DNA of 64,000 nucleotides from a bacterium (lineage in GTDB: Bacteria > Zhuqueibacterota > Zhuqueibacteria > Zhuqueibacterales > Zhuqueibacteraceae), in assembly GCA_044869275.1 (NCBI GenBank), contig JBIOXB010000139.1:1-64000 (forward strand), given 5' to 3'. The position numbers were made by a program, and so were the translations under genes. The notes under the pieces were generated by a model. The model was not told the origin of the DNA. It made no database searches and was given only the letters and a program-made list of their open reading frames with translations. Below, one piece after another: positions 30,083 through 40,207 of the stretch. Every line of letters begins with the position of its first letter. The first letter of the stretch is position 1.

Positions 30083-30602
30083 GTACTGCCTCCAAAAGGT
30101 TTCCACACACGGCGATTCAGCAGCGCGGCTTCCGCCGTTCTTGCCACGGCTGGGACAGCGGGAGCAGCGGCGAAATGAAAGCCGGTGTCGCTGAATCGGA
30201 TGTTGCTGAATGTTCAACTTCCTTGTAGAACGCAAAAAAAAACTCCATTGCCGGAGATCGGGAATTCTATTTCCTCACAGCGTAACAAATACTTGCAATT
30301 GCGCGCCCCTGCGGAACATTTTGCCGCTATTCCCGGCACAATTGTTAGTTGCTAAAACCAAATTCTTAATAGACGCTTTCCCGAACATTTGCGTAAACTC
30401 TTCTGGCCGGAAGAAACGTTGTTGACGTTTTTGTCTTAAAAGCTTATTTTGTGACCGTTTTGTAAAAACGCTCGCCGCCTCAAAAAGTGCTTCGGGATTC
30501 GGCTGTGAGACTGTCAAACCCGATCACCGGCGAACGGGCAAACGATTCAGCTGGGTCGCAATGTTTTCACGCTGAAGAGACTAATCATACGCGGAGCAAA
30601 AA

Positions 30603-31859
30603 ATGTCACAGTCCCCTCGCCCAAGACGCGTTTTCATTACCGGCATGGGCATAGTCACGCCTTTAGGAACCTCGCTTGAAGAAAACTGGACCGCCCTGAT
30701 GGCGGGGAAATCCGGCATCGACAAAATCATGCGCTTCGATGCTTCGCACCTCGGCACGCAATTCGCCGGCGAAGTGCGGGATTTTGATCCCGCGCAACAT
30801 ATGGATCACAAAGAAGTGCGGCACTATGATCGTTACGTTCATCTCGCTTTTGCCGCCGCGGACAAGGCGCTGGCCGATGCGAAATTGGCGCCGGAACAGT
30901 TGCCTCATGATCGCACCGGCGTGCTCATCGGCTCGGGCATGGGTGGGATGGAGACGTTCGTGGAAAATACCCGGCAATTGCTCGAAAAGGGCGCGCGGCG
31001 GGTTTCGCCGTTCTTCGTGCCCGCGGTGATCAGCAACATGGCCTCGGGCTTGCTCGCCATTCGCTACGGCGCGCGCGGGCCGAATTACGCCATCGTCTCG
31101 GCGTGCGCCACCGGTGCGCATTGCATCGGCGCGGGCTTGGATATGATCCGTCGCGGCATTGCGGACGTGATGCTCGTGGGCGGGGCCGAAGCCGCGATTA
31201 TCGAATTGGGTGTGGCCGGTTTTATCGCCGCCAAGGCGCTTTCGAAGAGGAATGAGGCACCGGCAGCAGCCAGCAGGCCTTTCGATCGCGATCGCGACGG
31301 CTTTGTCATGGGCGAGGGCGCGGGCGTGTTGATCATTGAGAGCGAGGAACACGCCCAAAAACGCCGTGCGCGCATTTGGGCGGAATTGCTGGGGAGCGGA
31401 TCGTCGTCGGATGCCTTTCACCCCACGGCGCCAAGTGCCGACGGTGCGGGCGCGGCGTTGGCCATGAAAAACGCGCTCACCGATGCGCAGCTCGCCAAGG
31501 AGGAGATCGGCTACATCAATGCGCACGCCACCTCCACGCAGCTGGGTGATCGCGCGGAATCCGCGGCGATTCGTGCTCTCTTCAGCGCGCACACGAAAAA
31601 CGTCGCGGTGAGCTCCACGAAATCCATGACCGGCCATTTGCTCGGCGCGGCCGGCGCGGTGGAGGCGGCCTACACGGTTCTGGCGCTGCATCATCAAATA
31701 TTGCCACCGACGATCAACCTGCACAACGTCGATCCTGAATGCGAATTGAATCACGTGGCCAATACGCCGCGCAAAGCCGCGGTGCGTTATGCCTTATCCA
31801 ATGCTTTCGGTTTTGGCGGCACGAATAGCGCGATGGTGCTGGGGAGATATGAGGAGTAG
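30603..31859 (+). CDS. fabF: Beta-ketoacyl-ACP synthase II
   Basis: VSPFFVP, SACATG (Cys), NAHATST and MTGHLLG (His pair), SNAFGFGGTN. Confidence 0.96.
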   Translation: MSQSPRPRRVFITGMGIVTPLGTSLEENWTALMAGKSGIDKIMRFDASHLGTQFAGEVRDFDPAQHMDHKEVRHYDRYVHLAFAAADKALADAKLAPEQLPHDRTGVLIGSGMGGMETFVENTRQLLEKGARRVSPFFVPAVISNMASGLLAIRYGARGPNYAIVSACATGAHCIGAGLDMIRRGIADVMLVGGAEAAIIELGVAGFIAAKALSKRNEAPAAASRPFDRDRDGFVMGEGAGVLIIESEEHAQKRRARIWAELLGSGSSSDAFHPTAPSADGAGAALAMKNALTDAQLAKEEIGYINAHATSTQLGDRAESAAIRALFSAHTKNVAVSSTKSMTGHLLGAAGAVEAAYTVLALHHQILPPTINLHNVDPECELNHVANTPRKAAVRYALSNAFGFGGTNSAMVLGRYEE

Positions 31860-31877
31860 TGCATTCACGGAGAAGCC

Positions 31878-32168
31878 ATGAATAATAGAATCGAAGTCAC
31901 TTGGCAAAACACGCTCATCATTTGGTGGAGTTTCTTGTGGCGCACGATATTGCTCGGCGCGCTGGTGGGAGCTGTGCTGGGTTTTATTGGAGGAGTCATT
32001 GTGGGCGTCATGGGAAGACCAGATTGGGGCGGGCCGGTCGGCGCCGTGCTTGGATATTTAGGCTCCATTCCCGTCTCATTATATGTGTTCCGAAAGATTC
32101 TGCAAAAGCGCTATAAAAAGTTTTCCATTTGGCTGGTCACGGCCGAGCAAGCCAGGACAACTGTATAG
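31878..32168 (+). CDS. Small membrane protein
   Basis: GGAG RBS, two Gly-rich TM helices. Confidence 0.7.
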   Translation: MNNRIEVTWQNTLIIWWSFLWRTILLGALVGAVLGFIGGVIVGVMGRPDWGGPVGAVLGYLGSIPVSLYVFRKILQKRYKKFSIWLVTAEQARTTV

Positions 32169-32192
32169 AGGTTTTTGCAATCGAGGCATGTC

Positions 32193-32329
32193 TAGCAGGA
32201 TGCTGAAAAAGCCTCGAATTGCTCTGCTTCGTAGTTTGCGCGAAAGCGGGAATCCATGCTCTTCTTGGATTTTCTGGATACCTGCTTTCGCGGGCATGAC
32301 ATTTAACGGGGTTTTTCAGCAACCTGTTA
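32193..32329. mobile_element. MITE-like element carrying a REP-type palindrome
   Basis: TIR tagcaggatgctgaaaaa / tttttcagcaacctgtta (16/18); internal cgcgaaagcgggaatcca...tggatacctgctttcgcg. Confidence 0.7.
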
Positions 32330-32344
32330 GGCCATGCTGGCGTG

Positions 32345-33199
32345 TTAACCGCGGAAGACTGAAGCATGCTCTTGAACGAATTCGGCAACGGTTCGCGGCG
32401 GCCGGCCAGTGAGATCAGCGACGGTGTTGGTGATCGTTACTGTTTTTCCGCCCGCGCGCTGATAGGCACCGATAGCGAGAATGCTTTCGATGACGGCGGG
32501 CGGAACGCCTTCTCGAACGCGGCGCGCCCGCGCTTCCTCTGGAGACTCATCGACAAACCGCAGCTTCTTGCTGATTACCGCGCCGATGATCTCCGCAGCT
32601 TGGCGATAAGAAATCGCTTCACTTCCCGTAAGCACATATTTTTTGCCGAGATGTCCCGGCTGAGTGAGCGTGACAAAGGCGACCGCGGCTACGTCACGCG
32701 GATCGATGTAAGGAATTTTGCCGTCACCGGAAGGCGAGTAGATGACGACCTCTTTGATGACGTACTCGGCCTGGGCAAGAAGGTTCTGCATAAAGTGGTG
32801 AGGCCGGAGCATGGTCCAAGCCATCCCCGACGCTTGCAGTTCCTTCTCGACCTGGTAGTGCCATCGCCCGATGGGGGCATTTGAGTGGTCCGATGCGGCG
32901 AAGGCCGAAACCTTCACGACGTGTGTAACGCCCGCGGCGCGTGCTGCAGCAATGGCGTTGTGCTGCAACTCCACCATGTCTTCAAAATAGCTTGTGAGAA
33001 GGAATAATGTCTTGGCATCATCGAAAGCCGTTGTTAACGTTTCTGGTCTAGCCAAATCTCCGACAACCCATGTGATGCCAGGCAGTTTCTGCGCTTTTTT
33101 CGGGCTGCGGACAAGCGCGCGGGCGGGGACCCGCGCTTGGGACAGCAATCGCAAGAGTTCACTCCCAATGACGCCCGTACCGCCAGTCACGAGAATCAT
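32345..33199 (-). CDS. NmrA-like atypical SDR NAD(P)H-binding oxidoreductase
   Basis: ILVTGGTGVIG, LRPHHFMQNL, IDPRDVA, LTGRPP. Confidence 0.9.
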   Translation of the reverse strand: MILVTGGTGVIGSELLRLLSQARVPARALVRSPKKAQKLPGITWVVGDLARPETLTTAFDDAKTLFLLTSYFEDMVELQHNAIAAARAAGVTHVVKVSAFAASDHSNAPIGRWHYQVEKELQASGMAWTMLRPHHFMQNLLAQAEYVIKEVVIYSPSGDGKIPYIDPRDVAAVAFVTLTQPGHLGKKYVLTGSEAISYRQAAEIIGAVISKKLRFVDESPEEARARRVREGVPPAVIESILAIGAYQRAGGKTVTITNTVADLTGRPPRTVAEFVQEHASVFRG

Positions 33200-33234
33200 A
33201 GATACCTCCTCATATTAAATAAGGAACTCGAATC

Positions 33235-33471
33235 ATGAAAAACATAACCACGAAATACACCAACGGTGAAGTCACCGTGGTATGGCAACCGGCCAAGTGC
33301 ACGCATTCCTGCAAATGTTTCATGGGCTTGCCGGAAGTGTTCAATCCCGACGAGCGCCCGTGGGTGAAGCCGGAAGGCGCGAGCACGGAACGAATCATTG
33401 CGCAGGTCAAGTTGTGCCCCTCGGCGGCGCTGTCTTATTTCATGAATGAAAGCAAGGGTGGGAAGCAGTAA
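33235..33471 (+). CDS. Divergent 4Fe-4S mono-cluster protein (YjdI-like)
   Basis: CTHSCKC..GLPEVF....RPWV...CPSAAL. Confidence 0.85.
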   Translation: MKNITTKYTNGEVTVVWQPAKCTHSCKCFMGLPEVFNPDERPWVKPEGASTERIIAQVKLCPSAALSYFMNESKGGKQ

Positions 33472-33597
33472 ACTTTCTCTTGTCCTCTCCCCCTTAGGGA
33501 ATCATTGGCTATGGGAGATTGTGTCATCCCGAAGTGATTCATGCAGAGTGGCATTGTTTACGGGGCGGGATTTGATTGCCGGGCATCGGTCATGCGC

Positions 33598-35757
33598 TCA
33601 ATGTTCCTCGTGTTCCACGGCCTCGAGCGCCCGAGGCATGAACATCTCCTGCGCGGCGCGGCGCGGTTCGCCGGGCGCAGGCTCGCGCCGGAGGTATTGG
33701 CCGTCGGGCTGGCAATCCCACGCCGAACAGTTATCGCGATCATAGACCTCGAAGATTTCTGCGAGCTGTTGCTTGCTCTCGGCATGCAAAATCGGAATGA
33801 TGGTTTCCACACGATTGTCGAGATTGCGCCGCATCCAATCCGCCGAACCGATGTAATACTCCGTCTCCCCGCCGTTGATGAAACAATAAATCCGGCTGTG
33901 CTCCAGAAATCTTCCCACCACGCTGAACGCGCGAATCGTCGGCGAGAGCCCCGGCACGCCCGGCCGCAAGCAGCATAGGCCGCGGACGTTCAGCGTGATG
34001 GGCACGCCCGCCTGGCTGGCGGCATACAACTCCTTGATCATGTCCATATCCTGCAACTGGTTCATCTTCGCGCGAATTCCGCACGGCCGCCCCGCTTTCG
34101 CGTGCTCGACTTCCCGGTGAATCAATTCCACGAAACGCGAGCGCATGTCCTTGGGCGCCACGATGAGCTTGCGATAATGCTGATAGGGCGTGGCGCCGGT
34201 CAATTCGTTGAACAACGCGGACACGTCCTCGCACAATTCGGGATCGCATGTCAGCAGACCCAGATCCTCATACACCCGCGCGGTGCCGGTGTGATAGTTG
34301 CCCGTGCCCGCGTGCATGTAGCGGCGAATGCGGCCCTGCTCCTCGCGCACCACCAGTGCGAGCTTGACGTGGGTTTTCAATTTTTGCACGCCGTAGCTCA
34401 CGTGCACGCCCTCGCGTTCGAGATATTGTCCCCAAGCGATGTTGGGTGCTTCATCGAAACGCGCGGTGACTTCCACCAGCACCGCCACTTGTTTGCCGCG
34501 CCGCGAGGCTTCCGCCAGCGCCTGCACGATGGGCGAATCTTTGCTGGTGCGATAAATGGTGAGCTTGATGGCCAGCACTTGCGGATCCAGCGCCGCAGCG
34601 CGAATGAAACTCAAGACCGAATGATCGAAGCTGTGGTAGGGATGGTGCAGCAAAATATCGGCGCGGCGGATGCGATCGAAGATGGGCAGAGGATGCTCCG
34701 GGTTGAGATCGCGCAGGCGCGGATGAACTTCGGGCTGATGCGGCGGATACGCGAGCTGGGCGTAGCCTTCCGCTTGAAAATTGAGCAGATCACTGAGGCC
34801 GATAAAGTACTCCGTGGGATAGACGTCCTCGAGCTGAATATTCAATTGTGTGGCGAGCCATCTCTGCAGCTTGTCCGGCATATCCGGCTCGACCTGCAAA
34901 CGCACGACGCCGGCGAAACGCCTCGCCTTGAGATCGTTGGTGACCTGGCGGATGATGCTGCCGGGCGCCGAGGGTGCGTCGAAATCCGACTCTTCCAATT
35001 CTTGTTGGGCCGTGGTTTCGTCGCCCTCCGCCCCACGCGTGACGCGAAAGAAATAAGATTTGAGCGACTCCGCCGCGGGAAATAGCTGGTCTAAATTTGC
35101 CGCAATAACCTGTTCCAGCGGCACGTAGCCGGCCTGCTCCGGCAAAGAGACCCAGCGTGGCCGGTTGTTCGGCACCTTGATGCGCACGAAGAGCTTGCGG
35201 TTTATTTTGTTCTCGTGAAATTGCACCGCAAGATTGAGCCCCAAGCTGCTGATGAACGGAAATGGATGCTCGGCGTCGACCGCCAGCGGCGTGAGAATGG
35301 GATGCACCGAGGCGCGAAAGTACTCCTGCAAGTATTCCTTCTGTTTCTTGTTGAGATCGGCATAATCGAGAATCGGAATGCCGGTTTGCTTGAGCCCCGG
35401 GCGAATTTCCTCACGCAGCACGCGCGAGAGGCGGCCGATTTGATCGAAAATTTCCTTGCGGCATGCCGCCATTTCTTCCGCCGGCCGCAAGCCGTCGGCC
35501 GAGGGCCTTTCGATGCCGCGCTTGATCATGCGTTTCATGCCGCTGACGCGCTTCATGAAAAACTCGTCGTGCAATCCGCCCATGATACCGGCGAAGCGCA
35601 CACGTTCCAGCAGCGGCAGCGCGCGATCCTCCACCAGCGCGAGCACGCGTCGCGCAAAATAGAGCCAGCTCAATTCACGATTGAAAAACGAAATTTGTGC
35701 CGCGGGGGTTTCCCACTCGTTACTCTTGGCAAGAAAGAGGGCGGTTTCGCTTTTCAT
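33598..35757 (-). CDS. ppk1: Polyphosphate kinase 1
   Basis: FNRELSWL, HPFPFIS, LLHHPYHSF, ARFDE, KTHVK, GTGNY, GRFLEHSRI, GSADWM; start 35757 or 35823. Confidence 0.96.
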   Translation of the reverse strand: MKSETALFLAKSNEWETPAAQISFFNRELSWLYFARRVLALVEDRALPLLERVRFAGIMGGLHDEFFMKRVSGMKRMIKRGIERPSADGLRPAEEMAACRKEIFDQIGRLSRVLREEIRPGLKQTGIPILDYADLNKKQKEYLQEYFRASVHPILTPLAVDAEHPFPFISSLGLNLAVQFHENKINRKLFVRIKVPNNRPRWVSLPEQAGYVPLEQVIAANLDQLFPAAESLKSYFFRVTRGAEGDETTAQQELEESDFDAPSAPGSIIRQVTNDLKARRFAGVVRLQVEPDMPDKLQRWLATQLNIQLEDVYPTEYFIGLSDLLNFQAEGYAQLAYPPHQPEVHPRLRDLNPEHPLPIFDRIRRADILLHHPYHSFDHSVLSFIRAAALDPQVLAIKLTIYRTSKDSPIVQALAEASRRGKQVAVLVEVTARFDEAPNIAWGQYLEREGVHVSYGVQKLKTHVKLALVVREEQGRIRRYMHAGTGNYHTGTARVYEDLGLLTCDPELCEDVSALFNELTGATPYQHYRKLIVAPKDMRSRFVELIHREVEHAKAGRPCGIRAKMNQLQDMDMIKELYAASQAGVPITLNVRGLCCLRPGVPGLSPTIRAFSVVGRFLEHSRIYCFINGGETEYYIGSADWMRRNLDNRVETIIPILHAESKQQLAEIFEVYDRDNCSAWDCQPDGQYLRREPAPGEPRRAAQEMFMPRALEAVEHEEH

Positions 35758-36087
35758 GGCTTTGCCATTGTCCAGAAAGAAGTTGACCTCTAAGGGCGTC
35801 CTTGCAGCCTGCTGAAGAATCATTTTCGCGCACCGGCTTAGAAGCCGCAGCGATGGTGCCAGCGTCGGCTTCGGGTAAGATACAAAAAATTAATGTTTCA
35901 TGAAAGCGAGCTTCTCCTCTCACCGGAAAGCGGGAAACAGGCATGGCAATCTCACTACCAGCCGTGTGTAATGGCTGAGTTGCAGCAGCGTTGCCAGCAT
36001 TCGTAACCAGGTGACGTTAGGCGTTTGCATGCCGACAAGCGTGCTCAAAGTATATCTAAAGGGGGTGTGGCGCAATGGGGTGAGAAA

Positions 36088-36108
36088 AATCTTAACACAA
36101 TCTTAACA
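36088..36108. promoter_or_regulatory. 11-bp-period direct repeat, Pho-box-like
   Basis: AATCTTAACA-c-AATCTTAACA about 270-330 bp upstream of ppk1. Confidence 0.5.
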
Positions 36109-36246
36109 TTGCATCGCAGCCAAATTTTGGCCCTCCGGTCCCGCAAAACTGTAAAGAAGGGAATTTTATGATAGCTTCGAGTGGGGTTAGAAAGGGCAGG
36201 TTATTATCCAGTCCATGGCAGAAACCATGAATTCAAGTTGAGAGGA

Positions 36247-36669
36247 TCAGATGCGCGCGCGCCGGGTGGCTGCTGATAAGGCGGCCGGCTTTCTTGCCGC
36301 CGGGGGGATGGACGGATGCGGAGAATTTCTGTGCTGCAGCGTGCAAGCGGGATTGCCTGCGTGCCCTTTGCGGCGGGCTACGCGAACGCGGGAGTGCGCG
36401 CCGGCGCCTGGCATGTCCACAGCGACAGGTATTTCCCAATACTTGCTGCCGTCGCTCGGACTCTGGCTTTCATGAAAAATGTAGCGCTGCTCCGTCACCG
36501 GCGGGAGCGGCGCACCCTGTACGTTGGCGCGAGCGGGAAAGAGGAAAAGATTCATGGCGCTTAAGAAGTAAGCGACGTGCGAATAGATTTTCAACCAGCT
36601 TTTGTGCTGGCGAGGTGAAAGCCTTTTCTGGACCAGAGAATTTCTATGTTTCGAAGCCGATCTTTTCAT
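36247..36669 (-). CDS. Hypothetical protein
   Basis: ATG-started 140-aa ORF in a 1.5-kb gap, basic N-terminus plus hydrophobic stretch; no family recognised. Confidence 0.3.
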   Translation of the reverse strand: MKRSASKHRNSLVQKRLSPRQHKSWLKIYSHVAYFLSAMNLFLFPARANVQGAPLPPVTEQRYIFHESQSPSDGSKYWEIPVAVDMPGAGAHSRVRVARRKGHAGNPACTLQHRNSPHPSIPPAARKPAALSAATRRARI

Positions 36670-37297
36670 GCAGTTTGCGTTGCCTATTTAGGTGAAAAAC
36701 GTCACAAGTCGTTCCTAAATCATTTGCGGAACGAGGTTCGTACCCGACAATTAAGCGAGCTCAATTGTACATTTGTGAGAAGAGGCAGAATCGACCCAAG
36801 AGGTGAAACAATCCGTGGCAAGGCTAATGTGAGACGAATTTTGCATGCACGAGCACGATGCGAGAAGAGCGCGGTTCGCGTTTGGCGAACGCCTGAATCT
36901 TATCAAGACGCGTGCCAAATTTTGGCTTCATTATTCGTAGCGAAAAACAAGCGGTTCGGCGGTTAACGTTGCGACATCTTGTAACAATGGGATTGGAATT
37001 ACAAGTTTGAAATTCGAAACCGTGGAAGTGACCAAAAATGAGACAAAAGACGAGCAGAGGCAGAATAGGGTGTCGTTGGGCAACGTTCGCGCGTTTCCGG
37101 CTATTTGTGGCAACGTCACGGCATATCTCCTCGCCGCGCACCAAGCTGCACGTCATATTTTGCGCCGGCAGAAGAGTCGAGTTCGCGTGCCGCGATGGCT
37201 GGAGCAGCGTAGCTTTTTCGGGGTTGCTCTTTAAGGAAAAGCTGTTTATTATTTTGGGAATGAACCAACAGAATGCGCAGCATCAATCCAGGGCTCA

Positions 37298-38119
37298 ATG
37301 GATCATATGAAATTTCGCCTTGCCTGCGTGCAATTTCGCTCGCGCCTCGGTGATCTCGAATACAATCTCGCACAAATGGCCGCATGGTGCGCACGCGCCG
37401 CCGCCGGGAATGTTGCGGTTTTGGTGTTTCCAGAATGCTGCTTGACCGGCTATTGCCGGCCGCGGCAAATGTCGGAGCTGGCGCAACCGTTTTCCGGAAA
37501 GCTCAAAGAGCGTATTGCCGCAATAGCACAAGAAAACCAAACCATCATTGTCTTCGGCATGCCTGAAAAAGAGGGGACCCGCAATTACAATACGCTGATC
37601 GCCGTCGGCGCAAACGGCGAGACCCTCGCACGTTATCGCAAAATGCATCTGTGGGCCGCGGAGAGCAAATGGGCGCAACCGGGAAACGAATACGTAACAT
37701 TCAAGACCGATTGGGCACATTTCGGGCTGTGGTTGTGCTACGACACGCGCTTTCCCGAAGTCGCGCGCGTGCATGCGCTGCAGGGCATTGAGGTGGCATT
37801 GGTTGCCAGTGCCTGGCGTTCCTCTCATGTCGAGGAATGGCGATTGTGCGCGCAGGCGCGCGCCATCGACAACGGCATCTTCGTGGCCGGGAGCGACGCT
37901 TTGTTGGAGGCGGAGCATTTTCAATGCGCCGGCGGCAGCATTATCGCCGGGCCCGACGGCGGGGTTTTGGCTTTGGCTGAAAAAGGGAAGGAGGAAATGA
38001 TCGCTGCGGAAATCGACACGGCCGCGATCAAAAGCCGGCAAGCAGATTTGCCGCTGTTGCGGCATCGCCGGCCGGAATTGTATGGCAATTTGCTGGAACA
38101 CCTCAAGGTGAAGAGCTGA
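37298..38119 (+). CDS. Carbon-nitrogen hydrolase (nitrilase/amidase) family
   Basis: E-K-C triad: VFPEC, YRKMHL, LCYDTRFPE; ARAIDN; RRPELY. Confidence 0.93.
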   Translation: MDHMKFRLACVQFRSRLGDLEYNLAQMAAWCARAAAGNVAVLVFPECCLTGYCRPRQMSELAQPFSGKLKERIAAIAQENQTIIVFGMPEKEGTRNYNTLIAVGANGETLARYRKMHLWAAESKWAQPGNEYVTFKTDWAHFGLWLCYDTRFPEVARVHALQGIEVALVASAWRSSHVEEWRLCAQARAIDNGIFVAGSDALLEAEHFQCAGGSIIAGPDGGVLALAEKGKEEMIAAEIDTAAIKSRQADLPLLRHRRPELYGNLLEHLKVKS

Positions 38120-38364
38120 GGCTGCTGGCCTCGTGCCCTTAAGCGCAGTGCCCAGTTGCGTTGCAATTTTTTCTTTGCACTTCTAACCTTATTTCCTTAT
38201 TATGCATTAATTCCATAAATACCTCAATCCGGCTGCAAGATTTTCCCGCGCTAAAATCTCAGCGGTAGGTTGAATACAATTCAAGCGAACATTTGTTCTT
38301 CACAAACAGAGCTGGGAAGATCATTTGTTTGGAGATGTTTAGAGTTCTTGTTCCAGGAGTCAAA

Positions 38365-39144
38365 ATGGATCGACGATCACAATCCTCTTTGACGCATCGC
38401 ATCGTCACAGAGGTATTGGGGCTAACAATTGCTGCTGGCGCCTTGGCACTCGGCACGGTGCCCAACTTGACGGCGAGCTTGCTCGCTCAGGGGCTGGCAG
38501 TTTATGCGGTGTTTTTCACCTTCAGCGTGCTGGTATGGTGGCAAGTGGGCGGCATGGCGGGCGTGGGGATTTTCCGCAACAACCAAACGACGAATGTGCT
38601 GGGGTTATTGACGGCATTTGCCGTGGCATTGCTTCCAATTTTTTTGCGCCTGTTCATCGCCGGGTCCGTTGATTTGCAGGAAACTGCGGCATGGGCCATG
38701 CCGGCCTGTTTTGCGCTCGTCGGCACCGCGCTCGCGCTCATGATTCGCACCGGTAATGTCTATCAATCCAAACGGCAATGGCGGCTGGTGCATCATTCAT
38801 TGTGGGTCGCGAGTGCCATGTTCCTGGCCACGACGCTGATCCCCTTGACCAGCACTTTGTTTTCAATCGTTCCTTTGCGCGTGCTGGCTTGGCTCGTCAT
38901 TCTGACGATTCCTTTGATTGCCCGGCGCATGGGTGTAAGCTTGGTGGCCACGCCGGCGAAACCTCCTTCGCCACGGCCGCTGCCCGGGGAAAATGCTCAG
39001 GCCGGCACGCACGAAGGCGGCCGCCAATTGCAGGGCGTAAATTCCAATAGTGAACCCGGCAGAGAAGAAGCGCAGGACCGCCGCCCGCCGCGGCGCGGCC
39101 ATTACCGCCATCGCCGGCAGGGCGGTTCAAGACGGCGCGTGTAG
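38365..39144 (+). CDS. Multi-TM membrane protein (weakly TMEM175/DUF1211-like) with Arg-rich tail
   Basis: AGGAG RBS before MDRRS; about 6 hydrophobic segments; family resemblance is tentative. Confidence 0.6.
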   Translation: MDRRSQSSLTHRIVTEVLGLTIAAGALALGTVPNLTASLLAQGLAVYAVFFTFSVLVWWQVGGMAGVGIFRNNQTTNVLGLLTAFAVALLPIFLRLFIAGSVDLQETAAWAMPACFALVGTALALMIRTGNVYQSKRQWRLVHHSLWVASAMFLATTLIPLTSTLFSIVPLRVLAWLVILTIPLIARRMGVSLVATPAKPPSPRPLPGENAQAGTHEGGRQLQGVNSNSEPGREEAQDRRPPRRGHYRHRRQGGSRRRV

Positions 39145-39199
39145 ATCCGAATCCTAAATTTCTGCAAATCATTTTTGTGTCTCAAGGAGAGTAAGTTTC

Positions 39200-39760
39200 A
39201 TGGCAGCAGTGTCCGAATTTCGCAATGGCATGGCAATTTTGCATAATGGCGACGTCTGGATCGTCGCCGAATTCCAGCATTTCAATCCCGGCAACTGGCG
39301 CGCAATGATTCGCACCAAGCTCAAGCACGCCAAAACCGGCCGCGTCGTCGAGCACACGTTTCGCATGACGGACAAAATCGAGGAAGTGCGGCTCGAGGAA
39401 AAAGACATGCAATATCTCTACGCCTCCGACGGCAATCTCTATTTCATGGATACGGAAAACTACGAGCAAACTTTCGTCCCGGCGAGTTTGCTGGGCGATC
39501 AAACGCGTTTCTTGAAAGACGGCAATCTTTGCCACGTGCTGTTTTACGAAGGCAAAGCGATTTCTGCCGAACTGCCCTATTTCGTTGAATTCAAGATCAT
39601 TGAAGCCGAGCCCGCGGTGAAGGGCGACACCGCCACGAGCATCACCAAGGGCGCTAAAATCGAAACCGGCGCCACGGTGCAGGTGCCGCTGTTCATCAAG
39701 GAAGGCGACAAGATCAAAATCGACACGCGCACGGGCAAGTATCTGGAGCGCGCGAACTAG
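39200..39760 (+). CDS. efp: Translation elongation factor P
   Basis: FQH..PG...IRTKLK, MQYLY, FMDTENYEQ, KGDTA, VPLFIKEG..I.IDTRTG.Y. Confidence 0.97.
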   Translation: MAAVSEFRNGMAILHNGDVWIVAEFQHFNPGNWRAMIRTKLKHAKTGRVVEHTFRMTDKIEEVRLEEKDMQYLYASDGNLYFMDTENYEQTFVPASLLGDQTRFLKDGNLCHVLFYEGKAISAELPYFVEFKIIEAEPAVKGDTATSITKGAKIETGATVQVPLFIKEGDKIKIDTRTGKYLERAN

Positions 39761-39796
39761 CCGCAACGCAAGAGATTCGCCCGAACTGTGGCACCG

Positions 39797-40001
39797 CCCG
39801 AGAAGTCCCTTTCATTTCTGCATCAGCCGCTCCTAACCGCCGAGGACAAAACGCGCACGCGTGGTAACCCTTCAGATTTCTATCTGTCTTCCACGGAGAG
39901 AAAACCCAGCCGATTCTTGATCGGCTGGGTTTTTCCGTCCGTTGGAGGCAGGCGTCGTTGCGTTTTCCTCAGATGCACCTTTGCCGGCCCAACCGCTCGG
40001 G
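39797..40001 (+). ncRNA. Candidate rod-shaped structured RNA (6S-like architecture, unverified)
   Basis: Nested complementarity around a perfect 14-bp hairpin at 39901-39933. Confidence 0.35.
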
Positions 40002-40207
40002 AAGCATGTTGATGATTTGGAGATGGGGTCGGACCTATCAGTCAAACCGAATCTTTCACGGCCTTCCGCATTGAGAATCTGAACGGAAGGCCGGGTTGAG
40101 CAAAGTTTCATGCTATCCGGCCCTGCCACCAGCCCGCATCCCGCTTCAGTTTGCCTCCATTGCATTGCGTTTGAGCACCAGCCCGCTCTTCCAACGAAAG
40201 GTTCAAG

